From NCBI GenBank assembly GCA_030141605.1, contig JAQGDQ010000843.1:24475-88474 (forward strand): DNA of 64,000 nucleotides, in the 5' to 3' direction. How positions within the stretch are numbered: position 1 is the first letter of the stretch; every line of letters starts with the position of its first letter. Source of the stretch: Tubiluchus corallicola (Eukaryota; Animalia; Priapulida). The notes under the pieces are model-generated. The model saw only the letters and a list, made by a program, of their open reading frames with translations. It was not told the origin of the DNA and ran no database searches. Position numbers and translations under genes: made by a program. This document shows, piece after piece, positions 34,301 through 46,797 of the stretch.

Positions 34301-37300
34301 CTTCTGAATTCAATTCGTAAGAATAACAATGAGAAAAACGAAAAAGAAATGTTAGAAATTACTCACAACAATGGCAGTTGTTACTGTCCATTACAGGAAT
34401 TCTCACCACAGTTTCGTGTAAAATGAACTGTGTTTGCGAATGACGTAAGTTAATGAAATTATTTGTGGTGTGCTAATGATTCGCGTTAGTTTTTTATTAA
34501 AAAAAATTTATAGCAGACACTTATCGTCACGACTCAACCCTTGGTGTCACATGGGTTTTGACACTGGAAATTGTAAAACTTTTTGTGCTGTGCTAAGACT
34601 TTTGGGTAAAGTCTACTATTTGCCGGGCACGTTTTACAAAATTTCTAAAGCACTTTTCAGAAATTAGACTGTGTAGCGAAAGACTCAGCAAAAGTTAACG
34701 ATAATGTTGGTCTTAAATTAGAACTTATAAATGATTTTAACCCGTTCAGTCCCAAATTATTTTTTAATAAGAAAAATTTTTTGGCTTTGTACTTTTGTTC
34801 AGTATGTCCATCTTGTTTACACATAATAATTATTTTTTTCTACCCTTTCCCGCATGCTAAATATAGCCTGTATCCCACGGGATACATTGGGATTCAATAG
34901 AAGCATAAAATGTGCTTCATTTTGCAACTGCTGATAATTTTTTAAAGTATTTAAGACATTTAGTATGCATGCTATGCTGATCTGTACAAAGTCGTTTCTA
35001 AAGTACTGTACCTTGCGCTGTTTTTCATGCTATGTAGATTTTCTAGTTTGCCATTTTATCACCATTTTAGTCTATTATTATTGGCTTAAATCAAAATAAC
35101 TATTAACAGATCAAATAACTGTCAGTTTTAAAATTTTATTAATTTTAAAGGCAGAAAATATTCTCGTATCCCACGGGATACAACGGGTATGAAAGGGATA
35201 AGTATGATATATTCGCCCAGATGCAGCTGCTGTCTACCTACTGTACCTGCTATAAGTTATGTCATATTATATAATGACTATTGCAAAGTTCAGCGTTTAA
35301 GTTTATATAGACCACAAAATATTGTTGACATTATCTTATGTTAACGTCTATGTAAATAGTCTACTGTTCCCAAGAGATACGAGCGGTGCACTTTCAACTG
35401 AGTCACGCCTACTGCAACTATACGTTAATAGTATGTAATTAAAGGCTTAACCCTACTAGGACAATTTACAGGCGTGTTGTATACACTGTAATTATGACAA
35501 CAGGGATAGAATTTTCTCTTGAAAAAACAGCTTGACCTACACACGTGTGTGGTCACTATGGTGATGAGTGAGATGTCCACTCGAAGTTTTAATATTTGGG
35601 CAGCGTAGGCTCGTTGTATTTGGGTAGTGTGGGATCGCTGTATTTGCGAAAAGCATTTTTAGACCACGGAACAAAGTTCACGTTCTGTCTCAGCGACTGT
35701 TTATCTGTTACAAGCAAACAAGTGCTCGTTGTTTGTACTGGAATTTATGATGCTGTGAACTTAGCAGAATCGATTCAGTAGGTTTTATAGATCCAGTAGC
35801 GGCTACAGTAACCAAAAAGAAACGTAGAATGTCTTCCGCAAGCATAAAAATAATATTTGTTCAGTGTTACGATTATTACCTAACCTTTTTAACAGTCTAC
35901 CAAGATTAGGCATAAGTTTGATTAACACTTGACTATGGTATAAACTTGCCAAGTGTTTCTAGTACAATGCTGCGCACCTGCTTTCTTACCTTAAAGCACA
36001 AGAAAATCCCCGCTTACACAAAATTTGAAAAATTCTATACCACATACACACTCTTTTTTGCATACAGGGCTTGCGTCAGCAGTAACGCAAAAACTTGTAA
36101 ATTTAAGTTCCCATGATGACCGTTAGACGCAGCCATTTTGATGGTAGGTCGTTTGAAACAAGTTTAGATAACACTGAGTAAAGTTTGAAACAATAATCAG
36201 ACCATTCGAAGCGCCTACGTCGCTAACTAAGTAAAATTTTAAATTACTGTATCTTGTCAATAAGATTAAGAATAAGTTTTTTGGTTAGTGAGTGGTGCAC
36301 CCTGGAGGGTGAGTCAGCGACATTTTACCAATTAGTGAAAATTTTTTAAATAATTAATAATTTTCTTTTGTAGTTACACATGTCTTTCAAGCAGCTAAGC
36401 GAACTGCTAAGTAACATAACTTTGCATAAAAAGTTTTTTGAGCCATACTTTAACATTTCCTTTTCTTTCCCTGATTTACGTTGTGCATATATGACGTCAT
36501 GTAATGGTGCCGTCAAAACACTATTGCGGGAGATTTAAAATGAAGACAAATAAATAATCTTTTCAGCACGAGTACGATATACGTTTAATATTTTCCTAAA
36601 TATAATTTTATATAACTATAAAATGATATAACTTTTTAATGTGATTTTTCTGAAACCTACTTCAGGTACCCCTTTTCTTGTCCCTTTAGTTTGGCGGATT
36701 CGGTCCAGTCTGGAACCTTGCAGTCCCTCTCTGTCCCTTGCTTGACTATCGTGCATAAATTCATTAAAATGGACGATGCAACAACTTTTTAATTAGCTTC
36801 GTTTCGGGAGGAACAAAATTTCTCATAATTGCTGTAGCGAATTATCAGACGGGCAGGAAACTTGTGTGACATCCGGTGATTCCCCAAGACGTACATCCTA
36901 CAATGAACTTGCCGGCAACTACATCAGCGATTTTAAACATCCGTCTTAGTTAATTAATTTCAAACGTTGAATTAAAACTGTGAAAGTATTCGTAGTAGTG
37001 TTTGTGTAATGATAAGAGTTTGTTCATTAATCGTAATTTACATAAATCGCAATAGATGGCACTGCAATGTTATAATTGATTCAGCGTCAGAGTTTGAGCG
37101 CATGTTCATTGTTATTTTTGTTTTGATTTAAACACAGTCATTTTATCCGATTTTATCTGATGTTTATTAAACCATCCTATCATTTACTATAATTTGATTT
37201 AGTTTTTGATTTACTATAATGATATACAAACGTATAACTGTCGATTGTATGAGCGATAACTGTCTTTTTTTTGTCTATAAGAAGAGATAGTTGGCATTAA

Positions 37301-40300
37301 TAATGAATACGTGAGGTACAGTAATTATATCAATCTCTTTTCTGCCACTGAAAAAACGTGAAAGAAAGAACAATTGTAGACACCAGACAAATGAACACGA
37401 ACATTATTTTATCTGTTAGTTAGTCCCGAGATTAAAAAATTCATGTTTGGTCATTCATGTAATAACAATTCCACTATCTATATTGTTAATTATTATCATT
37501 AATTAACTATGACTTTGCAGTTGTGGGGTTTGTAGTTAATATTATTTTCTGTTGATTTTATTACTGTAGAAAAAGTGTAATGATGACAATTGACCTAAAA
37601 AACTTAGAAAACGACAACTGTTTAATCAATCGCAGAAGCCTTGCCATAATGATAAAGTTTGTCGTAATTTTTAATCATGTAAATGGAACATGTCTCCTTG
37701 CCATAATGATAAAGTTTGTATCATGTAAATGGAACATGGCTCCTTGCCATAATGAAAAAGTTTGTCGTAATTTTTAATCATGTAAATGGAACATGTCTCC
37801 TTGCCATAATGATAAAGTTTGTATCATGTAAATGGAACATGGCTCCTTGCCATAATGAAAAAGTTTGTCGTAATTTTTAATCATGTAAATGGAACATGTC
37901 TCCTTGCCATAATGATAAAGTTTGTATCATGTAAATGGAACATGGCTCCTTGCCATAATGATAAAGTTTGTCGTAATTTTTAATCATGTAAATGAAACAT
38001 GGCTCCTTGCCATAATGATCAAGTTTGTCGTATTTTTCAACATGGCTTTGATTTTACTTGAATCTAACTTTAACTAGGACCATCTACGAGCATCAATGAA
38101 TTGAATTTCCAACTTTAGAAATAGAAATCTCTTGTTTGTGCTTCTCACTTTTCCGTTTTCTTTCAGTTACAATCAAAATATGATCCACAATTGGCCAGCG
38201 ACCTCTGTCGATGGGTAGAGAAAATTATCGGTGAGAATATTGACTGTGATGGCGACAAGAAGCAATTTCACGACACTTTCAAAGATGGAGTCATTTTATG
38301 CAAGTAAGTTGCCTTCCAGCCGTTCAGCTTATGAAGCGTTTTCATCATGGATCTGCCTTGGGGCGTAGCCTTGGTATAAAACAGCAGTTTGTTGCACTCG
38401 CTTCTGCGAAGTAAAGGTTGTGGGTTTGATTCCATGTCATTCTTAAACCAGTTAGAATGTAATCATGCAAGAATGGAATTCCCAAGTAGTGGCTTATCTG
38501 TGTGACCAGAAAATCTCCTGATGCGTATGGGAATGCGTAAGGAGGGCGGGGGTAGTCTAGGAGTTCGTCCTGACAGTGGCGTTGCTAAAGCAACTGCTCC
38601 CCCTAGCACGTTTTTTCGAAAACGGCGCCTTTTTAACAATTTTTTGATTATTTAGTTCATTTGTGCGATTGCTGAATGATCCTTTAGTCTGTTAAACAGA
38701 TAAAGTTCTACCTTCTTTCTACAATGGTCGAGGCTAGATTGTCTGAGTTACCTTTGCTCTCCATTTAAAGAGAGTTGGTTACTCAGGTGGATTAATAAAA
38801 TTATAGATTACTTTGCTAAAGTAGATTATTATGGTACCTTCGTGACACTGTGTTTTGCCATCCAGACATTTTAAAGTAAGAATATGTTCTCGCTTGATTA
38901 TTTCGTCTAGAAATGGCAAAAAAATCTCCCCGATCCAGCATTAGAGACCATATTTGTGCCTCTGGCCGTGAGCTGATTTTAATAATTTCAGCATTGTGAC
39001 CAGAGCTACAAATAAGTGGGACTTATTAATAAAAGAAAGTTTATTAATGTACCCTAATAAGCCTTCTCTTAATGTACGAAGCAGTTCAATTCCTTTAGCT
39101 TTATTTTCAAACACTTAGCTATTTGTTACTGTATCAATTTCTTTTCTTCAGGTCTGTTTAATCATTACCTATTTGGCTTTTGTAAATACATAATTAGTGC
39201 TTAAGTTGCTGTATCAATTTATCTACTGGCCTGCTTAATCATTACCTATTTGGCTTTTGTAAATACATAATTAGTGCTTAAGTTACTGTATCAATTTCTT
39301 TACTGGTCTGTTTATTCATTACCTATTTGGCTTCTGTTAATTACTTAATTAGTGCATAATAGGGTCTGTCTATATAAACTGGTTGTACGTTTGTAAATTT
39401 ACCACTGATGATGACAGCAGAGGTGTGTTGAAACGTTTGACATGATTTTTAACTATGTAAAGTAAAAGTTTCAATAAAGTTGTGCTGTTTTTAACTACAA
39501 ATGTTTTTAAGTGTCTGTTTAAAAAAATAAACGTGGCTTTGGTTATGTTTTCAGATTTATGAGCTTAGTGTAAAACTTTAATTGTGTTTTAATTTTGAAT
39601 ACAAAATAACACTTGTGTACTTCCTTTAAAACTGTATCTTCCTCGTCTTTTAATTTTAAACACAAAATTAAAATGTATAATCAATTTTAATGTGCTTGTA
39701 CCCCCTAACTTTAGAACCTGGCTACGCTCCGGGGTCCTGAGCTTTAGATTTCAGCTCTTGTAACCTCTTTGCTACGTACGTCATGAATGTGTTCATTTTT
39801 GTGATATTTCAGAATAGCAAACGCCATCTATCCTGGTTCCGTCAAGAGGATAAATAAGGGGAACACTCCATTTATTTACATGGGAAACATAGATGCTTTT
39901 CTTCAGGTAGGAAAAATCTCTTTCATTTTTATACGTCAGTTATAGGTTCAAACGAATTAACTTAATACGTTCGTATCTCGGGTTTCCCGGACCTGGTTTT
40001 TCACTGGTATCGGAAGAATTGGACAAAATCTGGACGGCTAAAATGTGCCACATACTACGGACCCAGTCTGTTGTTTCACAAGCTGACCGCTAGATGGCAG
40101 GCTGTCACTTTGTTTGCATCACATACATCAGTGTTACCACGTGTATCTCTCTATGTATAAAAATATAGAATCAATTGTGCAGAGTTATTTGAGTCATTTG
40201 CAGACTGTTTTTATATACTTTTTAGACTTGGACGGGCCAAACTTAGACGTTTTTGAGACACGCAATTGATTCAATATTACCGTGAGTCTAATAGACGGGC

Positions 40301-42054
40301 GCCTACTTTATAACTTAGCATGCAAAAATACGGACAATTGGCAAATTCAGACCGACATCTCCCCACTTTTGTCCGGCAAACTGAGACATGAGTGTACATT
40401 GAAGTTGTCTCGAACTCTACAGTACTGAACTGTACTGATACTGCTTTATAGGATTAAACAGTATTTTATTAACAAACGTACTTACATTTGATGAGAAGAT
40501 ACAATAGAAAGTAAAAAGGTTTGGCTGACAGGTTCATAAGAACCTTTATTAAAGCATCCATAAAAGTTTTCATCATTGTGTTTAATTTAACATACAATGC
40601 TTCTTGAATTTTTTTATGTTGAATATCAGTAGAAAGAGAAAAAACAATGAATATAGGTGAATGTCGAGGATGGTTAATGAATTATTATTGTAAATCTTAT
40701 ATTCTTCTATTATTCTTTTATTTCCTCTATTTGCGGGTGAGCTATGTTAATTAGTTACATACAAACACATATAACATGTAAGACAATATTGCAAATTTAC
40801 AAACATACATATCAATTATTGCTACATGTGTGTTTTAATATTGCATATTTTTACAGGAGAATAGTTTCGTGTGATTTTCGTATGATTTCTCGTTTTTTCA
40901 GACGATAAAAAATAAGTTAAGAGTTCCGGACCACGAAACGTTTCAGACGACAGAACTGGTTGAAGGAACAAACCTGTTTGCAGTGACGTGTTGTTTGTCA
41001 TCGGTTGCACGAAAGGTATGCAAAGTACCGAAGTTTCCTGCAAAATATATAGCCCCAGCAAAATACAAAACTTATTAGTAGATGGCAGCACGAACTTGGT
41101 GAGAATGTTTGAAGTAAAACCGGACCCAGTCTTAAACTGTTGGTCAAAACAATCTACTCTTTAAAATATTGAAACTATTTTTTTCCTGCAAAATATATAG
41201 CCCCAGCAAAATACAAACTGATAAATACAGAACTTATTAGTAGATGGCAGCACAGACTTAGTGACAATGTTTGAAGTAAAACCGGACCAAGTCTTAAACT
41301 TTAGGTCAAAACAATCTACTCCTTAAAATATTGAAACTATATTTTCAAAAATGACTTGAAAGAGTTATTACCGCGTTTGTGACGTACTGCACAAGTTCGG
41401 CAGCTCATGCGTGAGCCCAGCGGTAAATTGAAATTTGAATTTTTGTCTTAAAACTTGCCTAGTTTTAGTACAACACACTGAATATCTTACAGTAGCATTG
41501 TACTTCAATTTTTGCATTCACAAACATGTACAACACGCTCGTGGAATGTTTTTGCTGTTGGAAATTATGTTAGTTTGTGATGTCATCAAGAGTTGGGTTC
41601 GCCCGTCGTTAATTAAGTTTTTAGTTAGTTGATTATCGGAAGCGCTTTTGCTGTATTAATTGTGTTAAAACGTATGAGAAATGTGATGGAGATAAGTTTA
41701 AAATGTAAATATTAACTAACAGTAAATTAATGAATTAGCTGCGCCAGCAGAAGTCGTGTCATTTCTCGTGGCATTTTTGTAACAGATGGACAAATGGAAA
41801 TTCTAGTTTCCCCAAATACATTAAAGTTTGCTGAATCTGCGTAATAATATTTGATGACAGTAGATGTCGCTTTCTTGCAGTGCAACGAAATAGAGGGTCT
41901 AGAAGGATTCGGACCAAAAGAAGCAAAGGAGAACAAGAGAGAGTTCACCGCCGAACAGCTGCGAGCCGGTGAAGCCGTCATCGGACTTCAGGCTGGAAGC
42001 AACAAGGGTGCAACCCAAGCTGGCCAAAACTTTGGCCAAACTAGACACATGTAA
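25340..42054 (+). CDS. Calponin/transgelin/Mp20 (myophilin)-like protein, CH domain plus one calponin repeat, 189 aa, 5 exons
   Basis: Exons 25340-25390 (MAYRPAKSGLAADADRK), 38167-38303 (LQSKYDPQLASDLCRWVEKII...FKDGVILCK), 39813-39906 (IANAIYPGSVKRINK...MGNIDAFLQ), 40902-41015 (...VPDHETFQTTELVEGTNLFAVTCCLSSVARK), 41881-42054 (GPKEAKENKREFTAEQLRAGEAVIGLQAGSNKGATQAGQNFGQTRHM*). Total 570 nt, phases consistent. Confidence 0.95.
25770..26085. mobile_element. Foldback/MITE with long terminal inverted repeats
   Basis: tgtactcaatgacggattatccaatgggctagtacag ... ctgtactagcccattggataatccggcattgagtaca, plus an inner IR (agttttggtaacagtggtaaaa / ttttaccactgttaccaaaact). Confidence 0.8.
27090..28345. 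repeat. 19-bp G-rich minisatellite (aggttagaggtaggggtaa)n, ~60 copies, inside a small element with subterminal IRs
   Basis: Array at ~27115-28260, flanked by caggaaaaaaagtcaca and ttttttcctgtg-type repeats. A short version of the same element is at ~31390-31470. A Helitron/Helentron-associated MITE origin is inferred. Confidence 0.85.
28800..29068. mobile_element. hAT-like MITE remnant
   Basis: Ends with aaagtttgggaaacactg (reverse complement of CAGTGTTTCCCAAACTTT, a typical hAT MITE end); left end degenerate. Confidence 0.5.
29083..29375 (+). mobile_element. tRNA-derived SINE (Meta-domain-like body)
   Basis: A box tagtcgagtgg, B box gagttcgata, then aaaaatggtacgtgctgttgtcctacttggcgctc, ending in an (ATT)n tail. 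Confidence 0.55.
30020..31100 (-). mobile_element. LINE ORF2 3' remnant, partly amplified into a 113-bp tandem array (~8 copies, 30205-31100)
   Basis: The unit translates IKWSDRISNDDLYDVVKKNPWSKQIQARRLHWIGHTLRL and continues once as LRLPKESPLPIALPTALETTKKPRRG. This matches the post-RT W.D.ISN..LY...RRL.W.GH..RL motif of non-LTR ORF2. Confidence 0.8.
31560..31790 (+). mobile_element. Non-autonomous element carrying the 44-bp unit; expanded copy at 56520-57642
   Basis: Both copies start taggtcaWaggtta and end gagtgatttactagc, with cgtcttaactacaaccgtcacgtgac units inside. Confidence 0.7.
32786..33210. repeat. 31-bp minisatellite, ~13 copies
   Basis: Unit gtgtgacttgtgtaacttgtacaaactgtac. Confidence 0.95.
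33525..33805. repeat. 138-bp perfect tandem duplication
   Basis: ttcatagttcctgtcc...gactggcaac at 33525 and 33663. Confidence 0.9.
34741..35197 (+). mobile_element. piggyBac-like MITE
   Basis: TTAA|CCCGTTCA...TGAAAGGG|ATAA; an inverted second copy is at 62905-63358. Confidence 0.8.
37640..38045. repeat. Minisatellite with alternating ~57/46-bp units
   Basis: ccttgccataatgataaagtttgt...tcatgtaaatggaacatg repeated about 8 times. Confidence 0.9.
39120..39505 (+). mobile_element. Penelope-like pseudo-LTR (TATA, hammerhead, AATAAA) with three ~80-bp upstream subrepeats
   Basis: tatataaa (39371) ... ccaCTGATGA-tgacagcagaggtgtgtt-GAAACGTT ... aataaa. The same sequence forms both arms at 52288-52458 and 52990-53138. 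Confidence 0.65.
39402..39440 (+). ncRNA. Minimal type-I hammerhead ribozyme motif (PLE type), probably degenerate
   Basis: CUGAUGA at 39405-39411 and GAAACGUU at 39430-39437. The paralogue at 53020-53058 keeps the CCA...UGG stem I but has CUGAUUA. Confidence 0.5.
39968..40394 (+). mobile_element. Tc1/mariner-like MITE family (other copies ~51629-52075 and 53510-54037)
   Basis: TIR CACTCATATCTC...GAGAYATGAGTG with TA flanks and a shared body (tttgtccggcaaact). The 53.5-kb copy has an internal ~52-bp tandem array. Confidence 0.75.
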
Positions 42055-42452
42055 GCCGACCTTAGTGCAAAATTGTGCGTGTATGCTGACCATAGTGCTA
42101 AATTGTGTATTTGATGCCTGTAGTTAATTACCGAAACCAATTTTATTGTTGCTGAGCCTCGTTATCAATGTTTTTAATAAGATACGAAAATGTGAAAAAA
42201 TTTTGTATGTCCGTCAAGCTAAATTGTGTTTCATTTTTCATTCCTACCGATCTTTCAAACAAGTCTAGAAAAGAATTCCATTCATGTGTCCGTAAGATGG
42301 ACTAACTCCCGTGCACTTACTGTATGCCATTGTAATGCACTTACTGTATACCTGCTTTTTGCAAGAGTAGTTTTTGCGAGAATCGGTAAGAATGAATTTT
42401 TCTTTAAAGCTTACTCAAACAAACCAGCCAAGTTTAACTATTCTGTATCGAA

Positions 42453-42846
42453 GCAGGGGGCGTAACCAGGTTCTAAAGTTGGGGGGAGCAAGCACATAAA
42501 ACAGGCGCCATTACGCTTGAAACAATTATATATTTGTCTATGTCACAACAGACAGTATCAGCGCGTGACAAGAATATATTATAATAATTAGATTTGGGGC
42601 AGTTTGGCAGTTGGTTCAGTCAGATGAGTTGCGTAAATTCATGCTCATTTCAAAAACACGGAAGGCAGGTTGCTCAAACAAGTAAAGACTCCAGAAAATT
42701 CTTCCAAGGGCACTGCGATTACAAAAAAAAGAAAGATTCGATTTCTATCGCACAGGTGAACTAAAGACTTGGTGAAAAATGTGCTCACCTGAGCGATTGC
42801 TCCCTTTGCAACCCCCCCCCCCCCCGCCCCATTAGCTACGCCACTA
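42453..42846. mobile_element. hAT-like MITE
   Basis: CAGGGGCGTAACC...AGCTACGCCACTA ends; an inverted end fragment is at ~39690-39732. Confidence 0.55.
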
Positions 42847-43124
42847 TCTCTGGGTACAATAAGGAAGCTGCTTTTTTTTGCTATAATTTTCACTCTCTGA
42901 GATAATTTTATGAGACTCATTTTTTTTAAAAAAATACATTAAACTACATATAACTTGAACACCTTGGCACCCCAAAATTTGTTGGAGTTATGCAAAAGTT
43001 AGACAATGTGCATAAGAAAAAAGAATGAGTGAGTTGCTTATATATATATATATATAATCTTATATAAAGCGTATATATACATGCATATATATATATATAT
43101 ATATATGTAATCTTGATATATAAG

Positions 43125-43600
43125 CAACTCCAATGTTGATAACATTGGACAATGTACTGCAGCCTGTGAAAATGACAATATAAGACAACAAAATATCAAA
43201 CAACTTTTTTATGAAAAATCAAAAATAGAATGACTGGTCCACCTCTACTGTAGTCTGAGTAGCATGGTTAATAGAATTCGGCAATAATAATATTGTGATT
43301 TTCATTAAACCGCGTTCGTTAAGCCATATTGTGTGCAGCGTTCTGCTAAGGCAATGCAAGAAATCTTCACGATTTTAACCGCCAGCGGTGCACACTTTCA
43401 CGTAGGATTTCTCACTTGGGAAGTTGTACGAGACGGGCGGCGTAATTTCAGTTAGATTCTCATAAATTGTACCGGGAATTCGGTTTGTGTTACGCGATAA
43501 ATCAAATTACAAAATTCGAATTACGCAAAGAGAAAACTGAAATGGAAAATCCATTCTGCGAGATCTGTTCAAAATACACAAGAATTCAAGTTATACATAG
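43125..43600 (+). mobile_element. Interspersed repeat; inverted copy at ~61440-61980
   Basis: gactggtccacctctactgtagtctgagtagcatggttaatagaattcggc and gtgcacactttc..gtaggatttctc blocks match as reverse complements. Confidence 0.7.
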
Positions 43601-45064
43601 TTTACCGTATTTGTATTAAGATGCAAGTCTCCCCCCCACCCAACAGGGCATTAATGGTTTTAGCTCACTTTTATATTGGTTGCTAAATGACTTGCAGGTC
43701 ACCGCCCCTACATTAATGGTTTTATCTCACTTTTATATTGGTTGCTAAATGACTTGCAGGTCACCGCCCCTACATTAATGGTTTTATCTCACTTTTATAT
43801 TGGTTGCTCAATGACATGCAAGTCACCTCCCCTCCCCCCCCTACATTAATGGTTTTAGCTCGTTTTTATCTAAATGATTATATTGGTTTTGTTTTATCAC
43901 GAATGTCATGAATTATGATCTGGCTGTTTAATCCTTATCATTAATTTTTAAGAAAACGTTGTTAGCGTGATTATAATTATTATTAATTATTAGCAAAAGT
44001 AACTTAATTGAATCGTTATACGACACAGACAGGTAAAAAAAAATCTGTGACTTTTTTACAACGTATTTTTTACGTGATAGAAATAAAAGAAATTTCCCGT
44101 AATTTGATTTTAAATGATATTTTTCAAGAAATATTTCTTAATGGAATAAGTTTTTCACGTAAGCGCGCTGGTACAAGGTTATTAAGTGCAAAAAAATTTA
44201 AATAATCTTACTGCGTTCATAGTGTGTGTAATTACCACATTGCGAGGTAAAAGTGGCTCAGGTAAAAATGGTACAGGAAAAGTGACATACGCAAAAAATG
44301 ACACAAATGAAAAGTATGCCATATTTTCCTGTGCCATTTTTTCCAGCACCATTTTTACCGTGCCATTTTTTCCAGCTCCATTTTCACCGTGCCATTTTTT
44401 TCCAGCGCCATTTTTACCATGCCATTTTTACCTACACTTCCTTCACATGTAAGACTTTTCAGTACGTTCAGTGCAATGATTTTACTTCAATAGCATGTGT
44501 ACTGACTACGCATTTTATCCTGTCAGCCCAGCATAATTATCTAACGACAACAAAACCCAAAATAACATAAAAAATGTTCCGTTTATTGGTCCGTTCTCAG
44601 TAAGGTGACAGCACAACTAACAACCAACCCGCTTACAACAATGGCAAAACTTTACAATAAAAATAGATTTGAGACAATGACAATAAGTGATTCTAAAATA
44701 AACGTGTCCGATTTCACTGCTGATCTAACAAAACCACCTGAACCTAACTGCCCATCAACACCGATTTAATAAATCATGGTTTTAGTAGAAAATTCAGTTT
44801 TTTGATACTGTAGCTGTACATGCTAACACGCTACAAGCACTTAAAATTTCCAAGCATACATAACCTGTACTGCAACGGCAAATGATTATCAATCAAACAA
44901 GTGTTGTAAGCTTGATTTTTTCTCGTATATAAATACTAAAAGCATTGAATTTGTAGACCACGTTTTTCGTACTTGGTAAAAAAATAAACTTTACCAAAAC
45001 ATGAAACAAGGCAATAATTATTCTCGCTAAAAATAACAGAACAAATAACATGTTTTATACGAGC

Positions 45065-45800
45065 TACTGACATTATGTAGCAATGTACATTAGCGGCATT
45101 ATGTAGCAATGTACATTACCGGCATTACGTAGCAATGTACATTACCGGCATTACGTAACAATGTACATTACCGACGTGACAATGTACGTTACCGACATTA
45201 TGTAGCAATGTACATTACCGACATGTAACAATGTACGTTACCGACATTATGTAAGAATGTACATTACCGACATTATGTAACAATGTACATTACCGACATT
45301 ATGTCGCAATGTACATTACCGACATTATGTAGCAATGTACATTACCGAGATTATGTAGCAATGTACATTACCGACATTATGTAACAATGCACATTACCGA
45401 CATTACGTAACAATGCACATTACCGACATTATGTAACAATGTACCGACATTATGTAGCAATGTACATTACCGACATTATGTAGCAATGTACATTACCGAC
45501 ATTATGTAACAATGCACATTACCGACATTACGTAACAATGCACATTACCGACATTATGTAACAATGTACCGACATTATGTAGCAATGTACATTACCGACA
45601 TTATGTAGCAATGTACATTACCGACATTATGTAGCAATGCACATTACCGACATTACGTAGCAATGCACATTACCGACATTATGTAACAATGTACATTACC
45701 GACATTACGTAGCAACGCACATTACCGACATTATGTAGCAATGTACATTACCGACATTATGTAGTACATTATCGGCATTATGTAACAATGTACATTATCA
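45065..45800. repeat. 26-bp minisatellite, ~28 copies
   Basis: Unit ccgacattatgtagcaatgtacatta. Confidence 0.95.
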
Positions 45801-46797
45801 ACTAGGGTCGAGTTATCGTAAGTGGAGAAAAATAAGTTCAGATTGTAAAAAGCCTAATCACTATTATCTAGAAAATGAACTATGCATGTGGAAATACTTG
45901 TGTACATTCTGTCTTAACTACTAATTTTTAGAAATATTGTCTAGAATAAATTGGCATATTAACTCATTGGAGTGGGGGGGCACGGAGAGGGGTATTTGAT
46001 GCTGGTGAGAGTTTCAGTACTATTCAGTACAACTTTTGCCTGTAGATATTTAACAAATATATACATTCGATGTCATTACTGCACAAAAATGCCCTATAAT
46101 TGGTCAGTCAATTTGTCAGTGTCCATAATAGTGACTCGATCGGAATTACTATCACGGTAATCATGCTAGGCAGCAAGAAAATAGGGAAATTCTAGGCGAA
46201 TTCTACCCAAGTTCATCACTGCCACATGAACACTTTAATCTGTACAAAAAATATCTTACATACTTATGTAAAACATTACAACATATCTTGATCAACATCC
46301 AACTATGGAAAAATGATTTTTTTTACAAAAAAATTGACAAAACGATTCATAATGGTGAAAAACAACGACAACTTACGAATGATTTTTACAGGTGCTTGTT
46401 TTTATGGCACTATGTACAATGCACACAGATAAACATAGCACAATATATCTCTTAAAAGCTACAATATATCTTAAGCCATTTTTCAAAATAAATTTTTATC
46501 ATTACAGAACAAAAAAAGCAGTAGCTCTTTTATTTACAGTATACGATGCCTTATATAAACAATTGTAGTGGTTTTTACATGACCATGGTGCTACCATCTA
46601 CAGGAATAAAACTCGCACTAATAAATTTTGAAACTACAGGAGTCCTACAATCAAGAACTAGATAGTTTATCAGCTAGAGCCACCTTGTGAGCAAATTTGT
46701 AAACTACAGTCAAGAACTAGCTAGTTTATCAGCTAGAGCCACCTTGTGAGCGAATTTGTAAACTACTTATGCACATAATAATAGTAAAAGAAGAACA

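Larger units (their letters stand above)
32359..36685. mobile_element. Inverted pair of ~430-bp arms (32359-32788 and 36230-36685) with TTAA-type ends; Kolobok-like non-autonomous element(s); partial copy at ~2445-2630
   Basis: ttaa|AGGACAAGAAAAGGGGCACCTGAAGTAGGT ... ACCTACTTCAGGTACCCCTTTTCTTGTCCCT|ttag. The inner ends also match as reverse complements. Confidence 0.65.
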
